Shown: positions 1-11,289, numbered from the whole stretch's first letter. The stretch is 63,608 nt of DNA, filler included, from Albugo candida (GCA_040437565.1; 8 parts of 8 records of this genome joined end to end with filler, not necessarily neighbours in it); one strand, 5' to 3'. Notes: generated from the sequence alone by a model not told the origin. Program-made: numbers and translations.

Positions 1-2042
1 ATTGAATTAATCTTGAAAAAAAAAATAGCGGATTCTAAACAGATTTTTAAGTTTTTGTTATCACTGTGGTCCATCTCTGCACTGTTTTTTTTGACATCGA
101 TTTTTATACGAGTGCATTTGGTTTAGTTTAATTTGGTGTACGATAGTGAAAATTCAACAGTAATAACCAGAGAACGATTTTTAGCGTGGATGTACTGGAG
201 ATATCTGTTAAGCCTGCTTGGCCTCACTCAAATTTCCGAAAAACAAAGCTTTACTCTTGATTAACAGTTACCAATAGTCTTCCTAAATACAAAATTTTCT
301 GCTTCAAGTTGATTAATTTTTTTGTTGCTAGTATTTTATTTGGTTGGATTATATTAGGTGAATGTTTAAATAGAAAGGAAATTCCAAGAGACACGAAAGT
401 CACCTATCATGTACCTTTTACATTCAATATTACAAATAAAATTAAAGTAGATGAACGATAGTTTTTATTAAGATAAATAAATTGGAAGCTGTTCACAAAA
501 TATACTTGTTCCACGGTATAAATGAGTCGGTAGCACACGAGCCTAGATTTTAACCAGTAAAAACTTCAAATTTACGGTTCACAACAATTTCAGTTTTTAC
601 GTTGCAAAAGCATCTAGTTTACGAAACAGGTCTCTGATTTATTGATACGCTACTTGTAGTATAGTGATACATAATGTGATTAGTAAAACACTTTAAGTTT
701 CGGTTTATCGGAACAATTCTGGTGGTTTACTTAAAAACACATGACAAAAGACAAGAGCAAAAATTTAACATTATATCAATGTTTATTAGCAAAAAATGTC
801 GCTTCGGCACATGATTCTCATTTTCGAAGAAAGAAGATTGATGAAATGGAGTGCCATAGGGCTTTGAAGTCATTTCTTTGTTGTCAAATAAGTTATTATA
901 AAAAAAGGTAATAATTTTGAACGCGAAGACAACACCTTTGAAGAGCGCTGTATTGAGTTGTTGAACGATGACAACGCGAGAAAACTGTGAGAATGTATCC
1001 TGTATTGCGACAAATTTGTCATGTCCTAAAGTTTTTTTACGTTGCTAAGTTTCGGAAAGGATGCCTTTCCTTAACGTGTCACAAAGGATGTCTTTTATTG
1101 AACGGTTTCGAAAGAATGCCTCATTCGCTCTCGCGAAGAATTCCAATTTAGGTCTTTGGAAAAGAGAGTAAGATTTATGCATGCTATCTATCTTAGCAGG
1201 AGGATCTTGTGTCGCGTTCCGGATTTTTTTTTCACCAAACATAATACAGCAATTTATTTTGTAATGACTTAACGACTCAACAAATATCACATATTTCGTT
1301 CTCTAGCTGATACTACTGATTGATCCCGTAATAATATATTATTCTTTTTTTCCTTTACTGAACTTTTGTTAGTCTCGATAACTAAAAGCTAGGGTTGCTT
1401 ACGAGCCGACTTGTGATCCTTGAATTGAAAGCTCTTAGTGCTTAAAATGTTACGGACCTTTTGGGTTCGTTATAGGATAAATCAGTTTTTGTACAATACT
1501 TCCGCAGTTATTAAAATACATATTTAAAAAATCCGGTTTTAAATTTAGATCTTTCTTCTTCCAAGTGAAGGCGGTTATCTTGAATATTGTATAATTTTCT
1601 GTACCACTGATTAGGGAAAAGCGTGGATTCGAAGGTGAAAATACTTTATTAACTGTTGAAACTCACTGACTTTTTGTGGGACAAACCAAAAACAATCCTG
1701 ACTCTTTGTTAACTCTATTAAAACAAATCACACTATTCTGAACAATTTAAAGGTATCTTGAGATATTAGCTGATCAAATCGTTGTAGAAAAAAGCAATAC
1801 ATAGTTATAAATTTAGTTTCACAGCGAATAAAAATATGAATGAACACATGTTTTGACGACTCATAAAATAAAGTTGTAAAAAAAGCTATGGTAACTTTGT
1901 GGTATGCTTACAGTCTAAAAGTTAGCAATTCAGATTGTATAAAGCAAACTTATTTATTTATTTTAGACAATTATTTATAGAGCAAAATAGATGTTGGCTT
2001 TTTACTGAAGAAAAACAAAGCGATATAAATTTTTTATTTAAA

Positions 2043-2752
2043 CTACTCGTAACTCTTACGCAAGGTATCTACAACAATCCCCAACTCTCTCCAGTATCTA
2101 CAAGTGTTTTTTGTTAGTCCAAAGGTGTTTTTGATCTATCGATGATATTACTTACGGCAACATATCTTTCTTTTTGTATTTTACCGAGGCAAGGGTACCT
2201 GGTAAAACGCAAACCCAGTGTTGTTCTTCTATGTTTTGGTAATCCGAAGTTATTTTACCTCTTTGGAGACCATAGTTTGGAAGTCTTTTTTTTTCAAAAA
2301 AGTGTTCGTATGTTTTTCTTCCTACAAAACAAACAACTTTTGGACGATAATTATTGATTGCATTAATTAAACTAATTTTTCCTTCTTCCATTTCCTCATT
2401 AGTAATGTCATCATCACCACCGTGTTCATCAGCACAGTAGTACATAAAACTAATACGATGTTTTTCATTAAGCACTGTATCATCTAGTGGGGTAAGGGTG
2501 TCGGTAGAGTTTATAACTGATCTTCCAGCTATGTCTTTGTAAGGTAAATGTTTTAGAAAATCTTTGTCTATATGAAATATTGTAGTTTTTTTACTTACTG
2601 TATTCTTTTATAAGTTCCCAAAAAACGTCTTTGTGGCGAGCAAAAAAATGGTTGCGGAATTCTTTGTTTCTAGGTCTCTCCCAAACACTTGTTTCAACAA
2701 AAAGAACAAAAGATTTATGTTTCAAGAGCACACTAGGTTCTTCGCGGGTCAT
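2043..2752 (-). CDS. Divergent MUG/TDG (family-2 uracil-DNA glycosylase)-like protein, predicted catalytically altered; 3 exons (2752-2599, 2528-2156, 2097-2043), 193 aa
   Basis: Spliced model MTREEPSVLLKHKSFVLFVETSVWERPRNKEFRNHFFARHKDVFWELIKEY...INNYRPKVVCFVGRKTYEHF...VCVLPGT...YWRELG. GT-AG introns 2529-2598 and 2098-2155 (ACTAAC branch point in the latter) lie at the same positions and phases as in the neighbouring paralog. GINP is replaced by ETSV. Confidence 0.75.
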
Positions 2753-3497
2753 GTTGTGTTGGTTTAAGTTGTTGGAAAAAGGGTTTAATATTTCAATGAA
2801 CTAAAATAAAGCTTACTTATATATTTCATTTGTAGTACAGACACAAATACTCTGAGGCGTCTTTTCGGGCCGATTACTTGCCTAAAAAGTAAATTTGTAT
2901 TACATTGTCGTCGGTATAATAAAGAAGACATTTCACGTCTTCTGCGGAGATCATGTTTGACGTATGTGTATTCTTTTAACTTATAAAGTTTGGTACCTTG
3001 TGAGTTAAAAAAATGGGCCCGATTTTGGATTTTAAGCAGTGAAAAAGTGTGACCCCAGATTTTTTTTTTAAAGCTAGTGTTATTACTAAAAAAAAAGTAT
3101 CCTTAGAAAGAAAGCTTTATTTGTCACTTAAGCCATAATCTTAGTATCAATACATTTGTTAAGCTATGGTGTTTCAGGTGATTTACCCATACGTCTTTTA
3201 TTTTTCAACAAGAAAATGTGTTTCAGGAGCTCTGTACTGCAGTCTACAGATTAAATTGAACCGGCTAATTTTTATGTTCATGAAATGATGGTACAATGTA
3301 TTTAAAATCATTTTCCCCAGAAGAAAAATTACTTCATATTCAGCCGTTTTATATTTACAATAATTAGCAAAACCATTTTATATCTTCTAACAACGTCAAT
3401 TAAAGTCTTTATTTATTAAAATTAATACGAGATATTATTTTCAAAGATCAATAAGAGATTTCATGTACCAGAATAATAGGCTGTTTTATTTACCAAA

Positions 3498-4212
3498 TTA
3501 AAGAGCCAGATGGATGTTGTTTTTTGTGATGTACTTGGCAAGATCCGAAAAAAATCTGGTGGTTTACAAATTGATTAATTGGTATTCAGATAACATGTGA
3601 CTGATATCAGCATGACTATACCTTTTCTTATCAGCGTGAGAATATTTAGTGCCAAGATTACTTGTAGATGGTAGGACAAATACACGACAAGTTTTTCCTG
3701 AACTCAATTTTAGTGGTTTTTTTGGACCAACTTTAATTTTGGCGTTGGGGTTATTTGTAAAGTGTCGATACATTTCGAGACCTACAAAACAAACTAATTC
3801 TGGAATGCATTCTTCAATGCATCGCAATAGTTTCTGTTTACCATGTTGGTACTCTTGCTGAGTCAAGTCATTTGCACGTCTTGTAGGTCTTTCCACTAAA
3901 TTAGTAAAACCGACATCATAGTATTTATGCAACCATGTATCATCACAAGGAAAGTGTGTGTTTGGGGGTACAATACCTATTTAGGAACGTGTTATAGTTT
4001 ATTTTTAAATTAAACAAATGAGCATGGCTGTTCTTACCACTTTCGGACAGGCATTTCCAAAACATGTTTCCTCTTCCACAAAAAAAATGCCCCTTGTACA
4101 CTTGAACAGGTGAACTTGTTGGATTGATGCCTACAAATAGTATCTTTGTTCTCTCATTAACCAATGAGGGTATGAGTAAGTCTTCCTCAAAGCTTTCGTT
4201 TCCGTTTTGCAT
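3498..4212 (-). CDS. G:T/G:U mismatch-specific DNA glycosylase (MUG/TDG family); 3 exons (4212-4038, 3976-3622, 3555-3498), 195 aa
   Basis: Motifs ILFVGINP, GHFFCGRGNMFWKCLSESG, GFTNLVERPT, PELVCFVG and VLPSTS match TDG/Mug. GT-AG introns 3977-4037 and 3556-3621 restore one continuous frame. Confidence 0.9.
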
Positions 4213-4413
4213 TACTTTCAAGAGTGGGTCCACTACAAATTCAAGGGAAAGAGAAGGCTTTGTTTTCGGTCAAAATAAATGTGTATTTATAACCAATTTA
4301 ACACAATAATATGCAGCCTGATTTGTAATTCGTAGGAGAATGCTTTATATTTTAGTACTACCAAAACTGTGGGAACTGGTATCAATACTCGTGTTTGTGT
4401 AATTAATACTAAA

Positions 4414-4473
4414 TAATTGATTATTGTCTCTTTATTGAAATAAAACTAATTGATTATGTCTACTTTATTGAAA
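4414..4473. repeat. Imperfect 27-bp direct repeat, each copy containing a minus-strand AATAAA
   Basis: taattgattattgtctctttattgaaa (4414-4440) and taattgattatgtctactttattgaaa (4447-4473), just 3' of the 4509-5908 gene. Confidence 0.6.
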
Positions 4474-4508
4474 AAGTGAATCATTGAAGAGAGGAAAAAT
4501 AAAATGTA

Positions 4509-5908
4509 CTAAGTAGACTTTTGCTTGCCTTTGTTCTTTTTTGGTTTTGGTTTTGGTTGTGTAGGCTTTGGTTGTGTAGGCTTCGATTTAGCTGAATTTG
4601 ATTGGGATGGCTTTGATTGGGATGGCTTTGATTGGGTGGGCTTTGATTGGGTGGGCTTTGATTGGGTGGGCTTTGATTGAGTTGTTTTTTTTTGAGTGGG
4701 TACGGCTCTTTTTCTTTTCTTGGGCTTAGGTTCAAAAAAATTGTCATCATCATCATCACTATCATCATCATCCGCACCTCCTAAGTGTAACTCATTCAAA
4801 CCCAATGTGGATGTAGTTGAGGCTTAGTTTACAGTTGCACAAGTAAAAATAAGATTAGATGCTGAGAAAATGTATTAATCAAAACTAATTACCTTGTGAC
4901 AAAGAAGATTGGATACTATTTTTCGAGATGTCTGTATGATCACTCAAAACTGAAGTAGATCTTTCCCTCGCTTCTTCTTCCGCAGCTGCAGCTGCACGTG
5001 CTCTTTTCTCCTTATTTCTTGCCATGAAATTACTAATGTCACGTTTTGGTATTTCGGGAGTACGAGAACGATCCAAAGATGGTGTCAAAGATGGTGCTAA
5101 TGAAACTGATCTACTACGAGTTGCAGTTTGTTGTGTAACGGTAGAATTACTCGAACGTTCGCTATTATTGTCATCATCACTTTCTTGTGTGTTTTCTGAC
5201 TCGCTTCCATGCATATTTTCTTCCTCGTTTTCATCTGTATCTTCTTCGTCCGAAGAGCTTTCATCCACTGTATAAGTAAAGTCGAAGTCAGTCAAGTTAA
5301 TTTTTTATGGGGATATTTACGGAACTTACAATTGAACTGCTCTCTAGCATCAGCATTTCTTGTTGATCTTCTTACAAATTCCTCATTTGTAAAATTAAAT
5401 CGAGCGTGTACGTTGGTCATGTTGATTGTTTCATCCGCCATACTATCGGTACGAGCTCTTGCTCTGTCTCTTATACGTGTGGGTACAACCGGGTCACATG
5501 CGACGATGTACAATTGAAGAGCCCTAATAGAGTGTCTGACATCGTTAATATCACCAAGAATATCTGCATCTACTCTCACGGGGGTAGAAAAGCCGCTAAC
5601 GATACCAAATAATGGCGATCCTGATGTTGTAGTAGGTAACTCAATTGGCGTGAGTGCTACACGATTGTGCGCAGTTAACGCGGCGTTCAATACATCTCGT
5701 GTAATCTCAACTCTTGTGGCCGATAATCTACATGACATAATCTTTTAGCGATATTGTGTAATTACTTAAATTACGTTACTTACAATTCTGTGTGGTGCAA
5801 CTCAAAAATGTAATCTTGTTGAATTGAAGTATTATCGGTTCCTGTACCTTGCAAATGCAGTTGTCTAGGGAAAAAAATGCCCCATGAGGTAGTATAATTA
5901 CTTGTCAT
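4509..5908 (-). CDS. Hypothetical nuclear protein: globular N-terminus, acidic tracts, NLS-like motif and (TQSKP)n basic tail; 4 exons (5908-5784, 5727-5330, 5267-4893, 4822-4509), 403 aa
   Basis: Three GT-AG introns of 56, 62 and 70 bp join the listed ORFs 5292-5738, 4885-5295 and 4509-4805 in frame with an upstream exon MTSNYTTSWGIFFPRQLHLQGTGTDNT. Contains DESSSDEEDTDENEEE, PKPKKRKR and pentapeptide repeats. Confidence 0.7.
4545..4685. repeat. 15-bp coding minisatellite encoding TQSKP/SQSKP/TQPKP
   Basis: Tandem gattgggtgggcttt-like units. Confidence 0.85.
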
Positions 5909-6283
5909 CTGTGCGAAATGTAATGTGTAAGTTTTTCTATCGAGTAACATTCTCGATTTCGTGAGGCGAAGCCCATTACTCGATTTTGATTTATTTTTTG
6001 ACTCACCTGAAAAAAAATTGATTGTGAAAAAGTTTCAAGTGCGATATACTGTGCTTTCTCTTATACTTTTTTACGGGGTTAATTTTATCAACTGTTACAC
6101 TTGGTAATATTAGTGTGGGTACGTAAAAAGAAATCACAAGATAAACTTAAATTAATGTGGGTACACGTAATATTCGGTATCACAAATATGTATAAATAAC
6201 TTGAGACAACTTTCCCATCGTTTTTGAAATCATCTTTCACGATAACCTTTCACTTTTCAAAAATACTTTTATTAATTTTTATC

Positions 6284-7005
6284 ATGCTTAACATCGAAGC
6301 CGAAATTCGTCTTTACAACGGTGGTAAATTTACTGTTGGAACGGATAACACTGTCAACTATGAGATTAAAGGCTCATGCGCTGGGGGAACTGTCACTCTC
6401 TATACCACGGACAACAATTTAATTCTGTATGCAATTAAACATGCGGAAAAACACGTGAACATGCTTGTTCAAGGTAATGATTATTTTATTTGCACGTTTT
6501 TGTTAGATACTTATACTCACCTTAATTTGGCTATTATTTAGGACCTGTGGTTATGAAGGCTTGGGTCTCTGACAACAACCAAGCTAGACCACGCTTGCAA
6601 GGTACCTGCGAGCAAATGCAGCGTTTGCGTTCTCGGGTGAACCGTGTCTGGATGCCTATGGTTTCAACTGAAGCTGTAGGTTCTCTTCCCATCTCCAAGT
6701 TGACGGATTACTTGGTCATGAGACATGTTGCTTCCAAGTGGGGAACTGATGCCGTTGTTGTCCGAGGACACAATTCCCTCGGTAACTTTTGCATACCCAT
6801 GCAAGCTCTTCACAACGAGCTTGTTGAAGAAGAAGTTATTGCTGATGGTCCTCTTGTTGTTTCTGGTGTCCTCCCGGATGAGAATGAGATGGAAGAAGAT
6901 GAAGAGAATGACGATTTTGCTGAGCAGTTACGCCGCCGTCGTGAACGAGAGCAAGAGGCCAGCGATCTCGTCATTTCTCCCATTGACAATATTGTCATTA
7001 ATTAA
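6284..7005 (+). CDS. SSB-like OB-fold single-stranded DNA-binding protein with acidic C-terminal tail; 2 exons (6284-6473, 6542-7005), 217 aa
   Basis: Splicing out 6474-6541 (GT...TTAG) creates MLVQGPVVMKAWVSDNNQARPRLQGTCEQMQRL, which aligns without gaps to the SSB consensus as I recall it ([33 protein letters not shown]). Acidic tail DENEMEEDEENDDF. Confidence 0.6.
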
Positions 7006-7143
7006 ATTTTAATTAATAAAAATTATTTCTTCTGTTTTTCCCCCCAAAAATTATTTTTTTTCTCAATAATTAATTTTGCTCTTTTCCTCTTCAATTACTT
7101 TTTTTTTTTTACTAATTGCTTTATTATACAATTAACTTTTCCA

Positions 7144-8417
7144 ATGTCATTTTCTTTTTCCCGTCAATCTCGAATGGAAGCTAATGCTCGTCAACCCAAT
7201 GCTCGTGTTCGTGAAGAATTTGTAATGGACAATCGCATGAAGCGACATGTCGAAGCTTTTCATGAATTCAAAAATGAAAAGATTTCATTCTATTGTGCTA
7301 TTTGTACTAAGCTCATGTACAAATCCGATTGCAAGGAACGTATGTGTGCTACACCTCTCCATTTGTTGCCTTGTAACGAGTGGGGTCTTGCCCCTATTGT
7401 GACACGTTTGACCAATTTGGTCATCGTTTGCTCTTCTCACGTGAGTGGTGCTGAGTCAGGTCCCTACAACTATCCCGGTCCCTGTGTTGAAGGTGCATCT
7501 GCTTTGAATTACCGTGAATTGTCTATGCTTTCCCCTGTAAAGATCATGTCTCAAATTACTCGCAAGGGATCAATCTCTAGAGGTATTCTTGGTCATTATT
7601 CCGTTGGTGGTAGCATGTGGTCCGAGCACAACTACGAGTTTGCTCAAATGCTGTACAGTGGTTCTCTTGGCTTGACCTACAGCCGTGAAAAAAAAGGGTC
7701 CGTCAAGATCAACATGGCAAAAGTCCGTGGGGTTTATAATCGCTTGAAAAAAATTAACCCTCTTGTTCGCGACTTTGAACTTCCTGAAGTCATGGAAAGT
7801 TTGATGGAGTACCACATGGTCACCAACGAAAAGCGCTTTCCTGGTTGGAACATGAACATGTTGATGCCCGTAGGTGATGTTCCTGCTACTGCTAGTGGTG
7901 TAGCGTTAAATAATCTTGTCATTGGTAAGTTTGCGTTACAATGTTTAATCAAGGGCATAATATTCAATTAGTTTTTATTTTGTAGGCCGTGATCTTGTCA
8001 ATAACAGTGACATTTACTTTTCACACCCTGCTTTAATGGCATTGTGCTTTCCCTGGTTGTTTACCACAGGTTCAGGGCACTACTCTATGTGCTCTGTTCC
8101 TAGAGACTACTCTGGCCCCTCTGAACGCGAAGGTGGTATTGCACGTGCTACCTTGGAAGGTGAAACTTTGAAAGGGTTTGCTAAGAGGTACCTTAATTTA
8201 GCTGATCGTCGCTTCGCACGGGATCCTCTTTTTCTCTTTTTTGTACTTGATGCCGTCGAGAAACACAATATTGCCAGTAGTAACAGACATGTTGTTTCTA
8301 CTCGTGGTAGAGAACTCACACAAGGTGATGTTTACAACAATTCAACAAAAAGCCATCGTAAAGATAATACCTCCTTGGTCAGCCATGTCATAAGATCTTC
8401 ATTTGCGTACAAGCGTA
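7144..8417 (+). mobile_element. Helitron2/Helentron-type Rep(-helicase) gene, N-terminal part (Zn-binding, DUF6570-like, Helitron_like_N); intron 7925-7985; truncated by gap
   Basis: CAICTK...VCSSH; LNYRELSMLSP; INMAKVRGVYNRLKKINPLVRDF (cf. V..KV..AL.WLK.NNPLY.DI); ALCFPWLFTTGSG; LNLADRRFARDPLFLFFVLD. These are hallmark motifs preceding the HUH domain. The frame stays open to the gap. Confidence 0.8.
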
Positions 8418-8517
8418 NNNNNNNNNNNNNNNNNNNNNNNNNNNNNNNNNNNNNNNNNNNNTTAATTAATTAANNNNNNNNNNNNNNNNNNNNNNNNNNN
8501 NNNNNNNNNNNNNNNNN
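8418..8517. other. Artificial contig linker (N-run + TTAATTAATTAA + N-run); also at about 16870, 25025, 32997, 40711, 48410 and 56082
   Basis: Identical six-frame-stop spacer embedded in Ns at seven places. Confidence 0.97.
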
Positions 8518-9399
8518 GCTGTCCGACTTCAGATGAGCTTGGGTTTAAGTTTCAAGGTTGGAGGAGCACAGAGTCCGAAGAACACTTACTCATCTGCCCC
8601 CAGCTTCTGTGATTGATCACTTTATCCGAAATGTAACAACTTTCCTGCTCTCCTGTTTTTCGTTTTCACTCACAAATCCTTATTTGCGTTTTTCTCGGCA
8701 ACGGGGCTGTTTCAGAGCCCCTCCTTCACACATGAATCAACAAACAGCAAAAAATGGCTGAGATGTTGCCCTTTGCTCACAAAACCCTATCCTTGTGGGT
8801 GGCACATTTTTGATACATGAATTTCAAAATGTACCAAATGTGTACCCATTGTACGATACGTCGGAGGGTCGGACTTTTCATGCTTTGGCTCTCAGTGTAT
8901 ATCAGACATGCTTTATATCAAATTAGGCGAATCTTCCAGTTGCTTTTGCTTGATCGTGAAAATGATTTATTTTTAATTTTCAGAAAGCAATTACTAATCT
9001 ACATTCAAGGAGCCAATGTAATCTTGAACGAGCATTTTGTTCGGTTTCTTTGCGTGTCTATAAATCCCAATACGTTTCCTGTAGACTCACATAAAAGCCC
9101 AAACATTTATCAAGACACAAAAAATGCACACAAAACTTTATAAAAGCTACAGAGAATTCTAGATTTGTCTATCTATCTATCTATATATATCTCCATTTGT
9201 TGAAAAAAAACTATGGATCTCTCTATCTTGGTCAGGTCTTAATGTTGTTCCCTATTCGACCACACCTTCTACACCCTCTGTGTCTGGTGTCACAAATCAT
9301 GCAATGAGGGCTTCTTCTTGTTGATTAATGATATCAATTTTGTGCATGAGGTGGTCTGCCATTTATGCGCTTTATATTGAGGCTCATTGGAGCTCAAAA

Positions 9400-11060
9400 T
9401 CTCTGTAAGTCCATCAAAATAGCTTTTGTTCCAGCTTGCTGGTGTGGACCTAAGGTACAATAAATCTCAGCAATACTGCTGGTTACAGAGATGATAGAAA
9501 AGGTTGGTGCATCAACGTGAGCCTTTTCAATAGATTGCAGTTTGGGAAAAGGCAAGGAGAGGTATTTCAAGGTGCCAGTGTGCATGGAAATCGTTTATGG
9601 ACAATGTTGAATTAGCTGCTATCTTTTCAGAAGTTGGCGGAGACAAGGCAATCAAATAGTCGTTGAAAATTGACTCAGACGTGGTCAGTGCACACCTAAT
9701 TGTGCAATTCCATACAGACGAATATTGAAGTCTTATTGATTACTTGATCATAAAATCTGTCATCCAAGTCCAGCCATTGTCGGATCTTTCCGTAACCTAT
9801 CTTTACCTGCAATATCTTTGCTTGGTGCGCAACATCGTGTGTGATCCTGCTATAGACTTGTTTCAAATCCATTGTTAAAACCTGCAACCATCGTTTTGAT
9901 GCTGAATGATTTCTGCTACCCTGAAAGTTTATATGCTTCCCAGATGTAGGAAACGCAAGTTCAGTACGTAACAAAATTTTCTTTGTAAGGCTTCCATGTT
10001 GTCGGAGTATAGCTGATGATTGCTGGATGGTGTGCATATATCTGCGTAAATTCCGTCCTACTTGCCTTGAAATCTCCAATGCTGGCGCGTCTGATCATTC
10101 CATTCTAATCCTCCATAAACTGCGTCCATTAGTCGGCAAAAGCATTGATTGGATTGGGAGAGCATATTTTCTGAATTTGCCAAACAAAGAGAATATCTGC
10201 TGTATCTGGAAATACCGTCCTGAATGCTGTCATGAGTGCAAGATCCCTGTCTGCGACCATTGTGAATGGTGCAATTCCATCGGCAAGAAGTATAGATTTC
10301 TTTTCAAGTTACCATTTGTAATCTGCTCCCTTTTCCCTTTCCTGCTTTAAAAGTAAGCAGGATGAGAATAAGGTGTATAGTGATATCACACCCACTGTAT
10401 GCAACAGAGGCATATAGAATCTGTTTGATCTATAGGTGAGATCCGAGAAAAAGACATAGGGATTACTTCAGGTAAAATTGATAAATGTGGGATGAGCAAA
10501 AAACAACCTTGTAATTGCTTGGAGTCTCATTACAGTAGTAGTCAAGCTGGTAGTTGGAATTTCGGATGTCAACGGAGGTTTTCGCGTCCCATAGAAATCC
10601 TTTCATTGTAAATACTACGGTGGTTTGCCAGAATGATTGAGTTATGCTCTTTGGTATACAATGCTGCAGCCGGTCTGGTGCCTGTTGCGATGAGTTGCCC
10701 TATATTGCCACTTGTCTTAGCTGGCATTCTTCGGATAGTTTCAAGGAAAGGAATTTCTTGAGTAGGAGGAGGGTTGGGAATAGGATTATGAATTGTCGTA
10801 ATACACTTTTCACGAGAAGCTTTTGTCATCCTTGCATAGAATCCAAAGGGACAGCGGCAAAGACGTTTATATGGCCTTCAGTCACGTTTTGTACTTCTTC
10901 CCTGGTGGAAACCACGTCTGTCTTAGTTCAGCCAGATCCTGGAGCCAATTTGGGAAGCTTTTGGTATCAGAATAACCGTGCGCATGAGTGTGGGATTGAT
11001 TTTTTCGGAAGAGCTCTTCAGTTGTTGAATACTGGTAATTAGGAGGTAGTAGCATGCTGA
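9400..11060 (-). mobile_element. Degenerate Mutator-like (MULE) transposase
   Basis: Minus-strand remnants in order: YSTTEELF..HAHGY (FAR1-like), IYNER, NPYVFFSDLTYRSNRFYMPLLHTVGV, VADRDLALMTAFRTVFP, TWKPYKENFV, HSASKRWL..DLKQV, DFHAHW. Many stops and frameshifts. Confidence 0.8.
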
Positions 11061-11289
11061 GAAAAGGAATAGATGATAGGAGTAGAGGAATAAAGGAGTA
11101 GGAGACTACAAGGGTAGAAGTTTGATATATCATTCACTCTTGAACAAGTCTTTTCTTCTTTAACCGCCGACGGCTTCGGGGCTGTCCGACTCCGATGACT
11201 GCAAATCAAAAAGTGTATTATATAAGGTTCTTTCGGTACCAGTTTTTATGGAAAGATATGAAAGATATGCTTGAACTAACCATGTGATG

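Noticed and set aside
4545-4685. Regular repeats as a CRISPR-like or telomeric array
   Set aside because: No spacers; in-frame 15-bp coding repeats.
8462-8473. Recurrent palindromic TTAATTAATTAA at roughly 8-kb intervals
   Set aside because: Always embedded in N runs; an assembly spacer with stops in six frames, not biology.
9167-9192. (TCTA)n/(TA)n microsatellite
   Set aside because: Short and commonplace.
9696-10079. ORF superficially like the C-terminus of an RTE-clade LINE
   Set aside because: Reading adjacent frames shows continuous MULE transposase motifs through this region.
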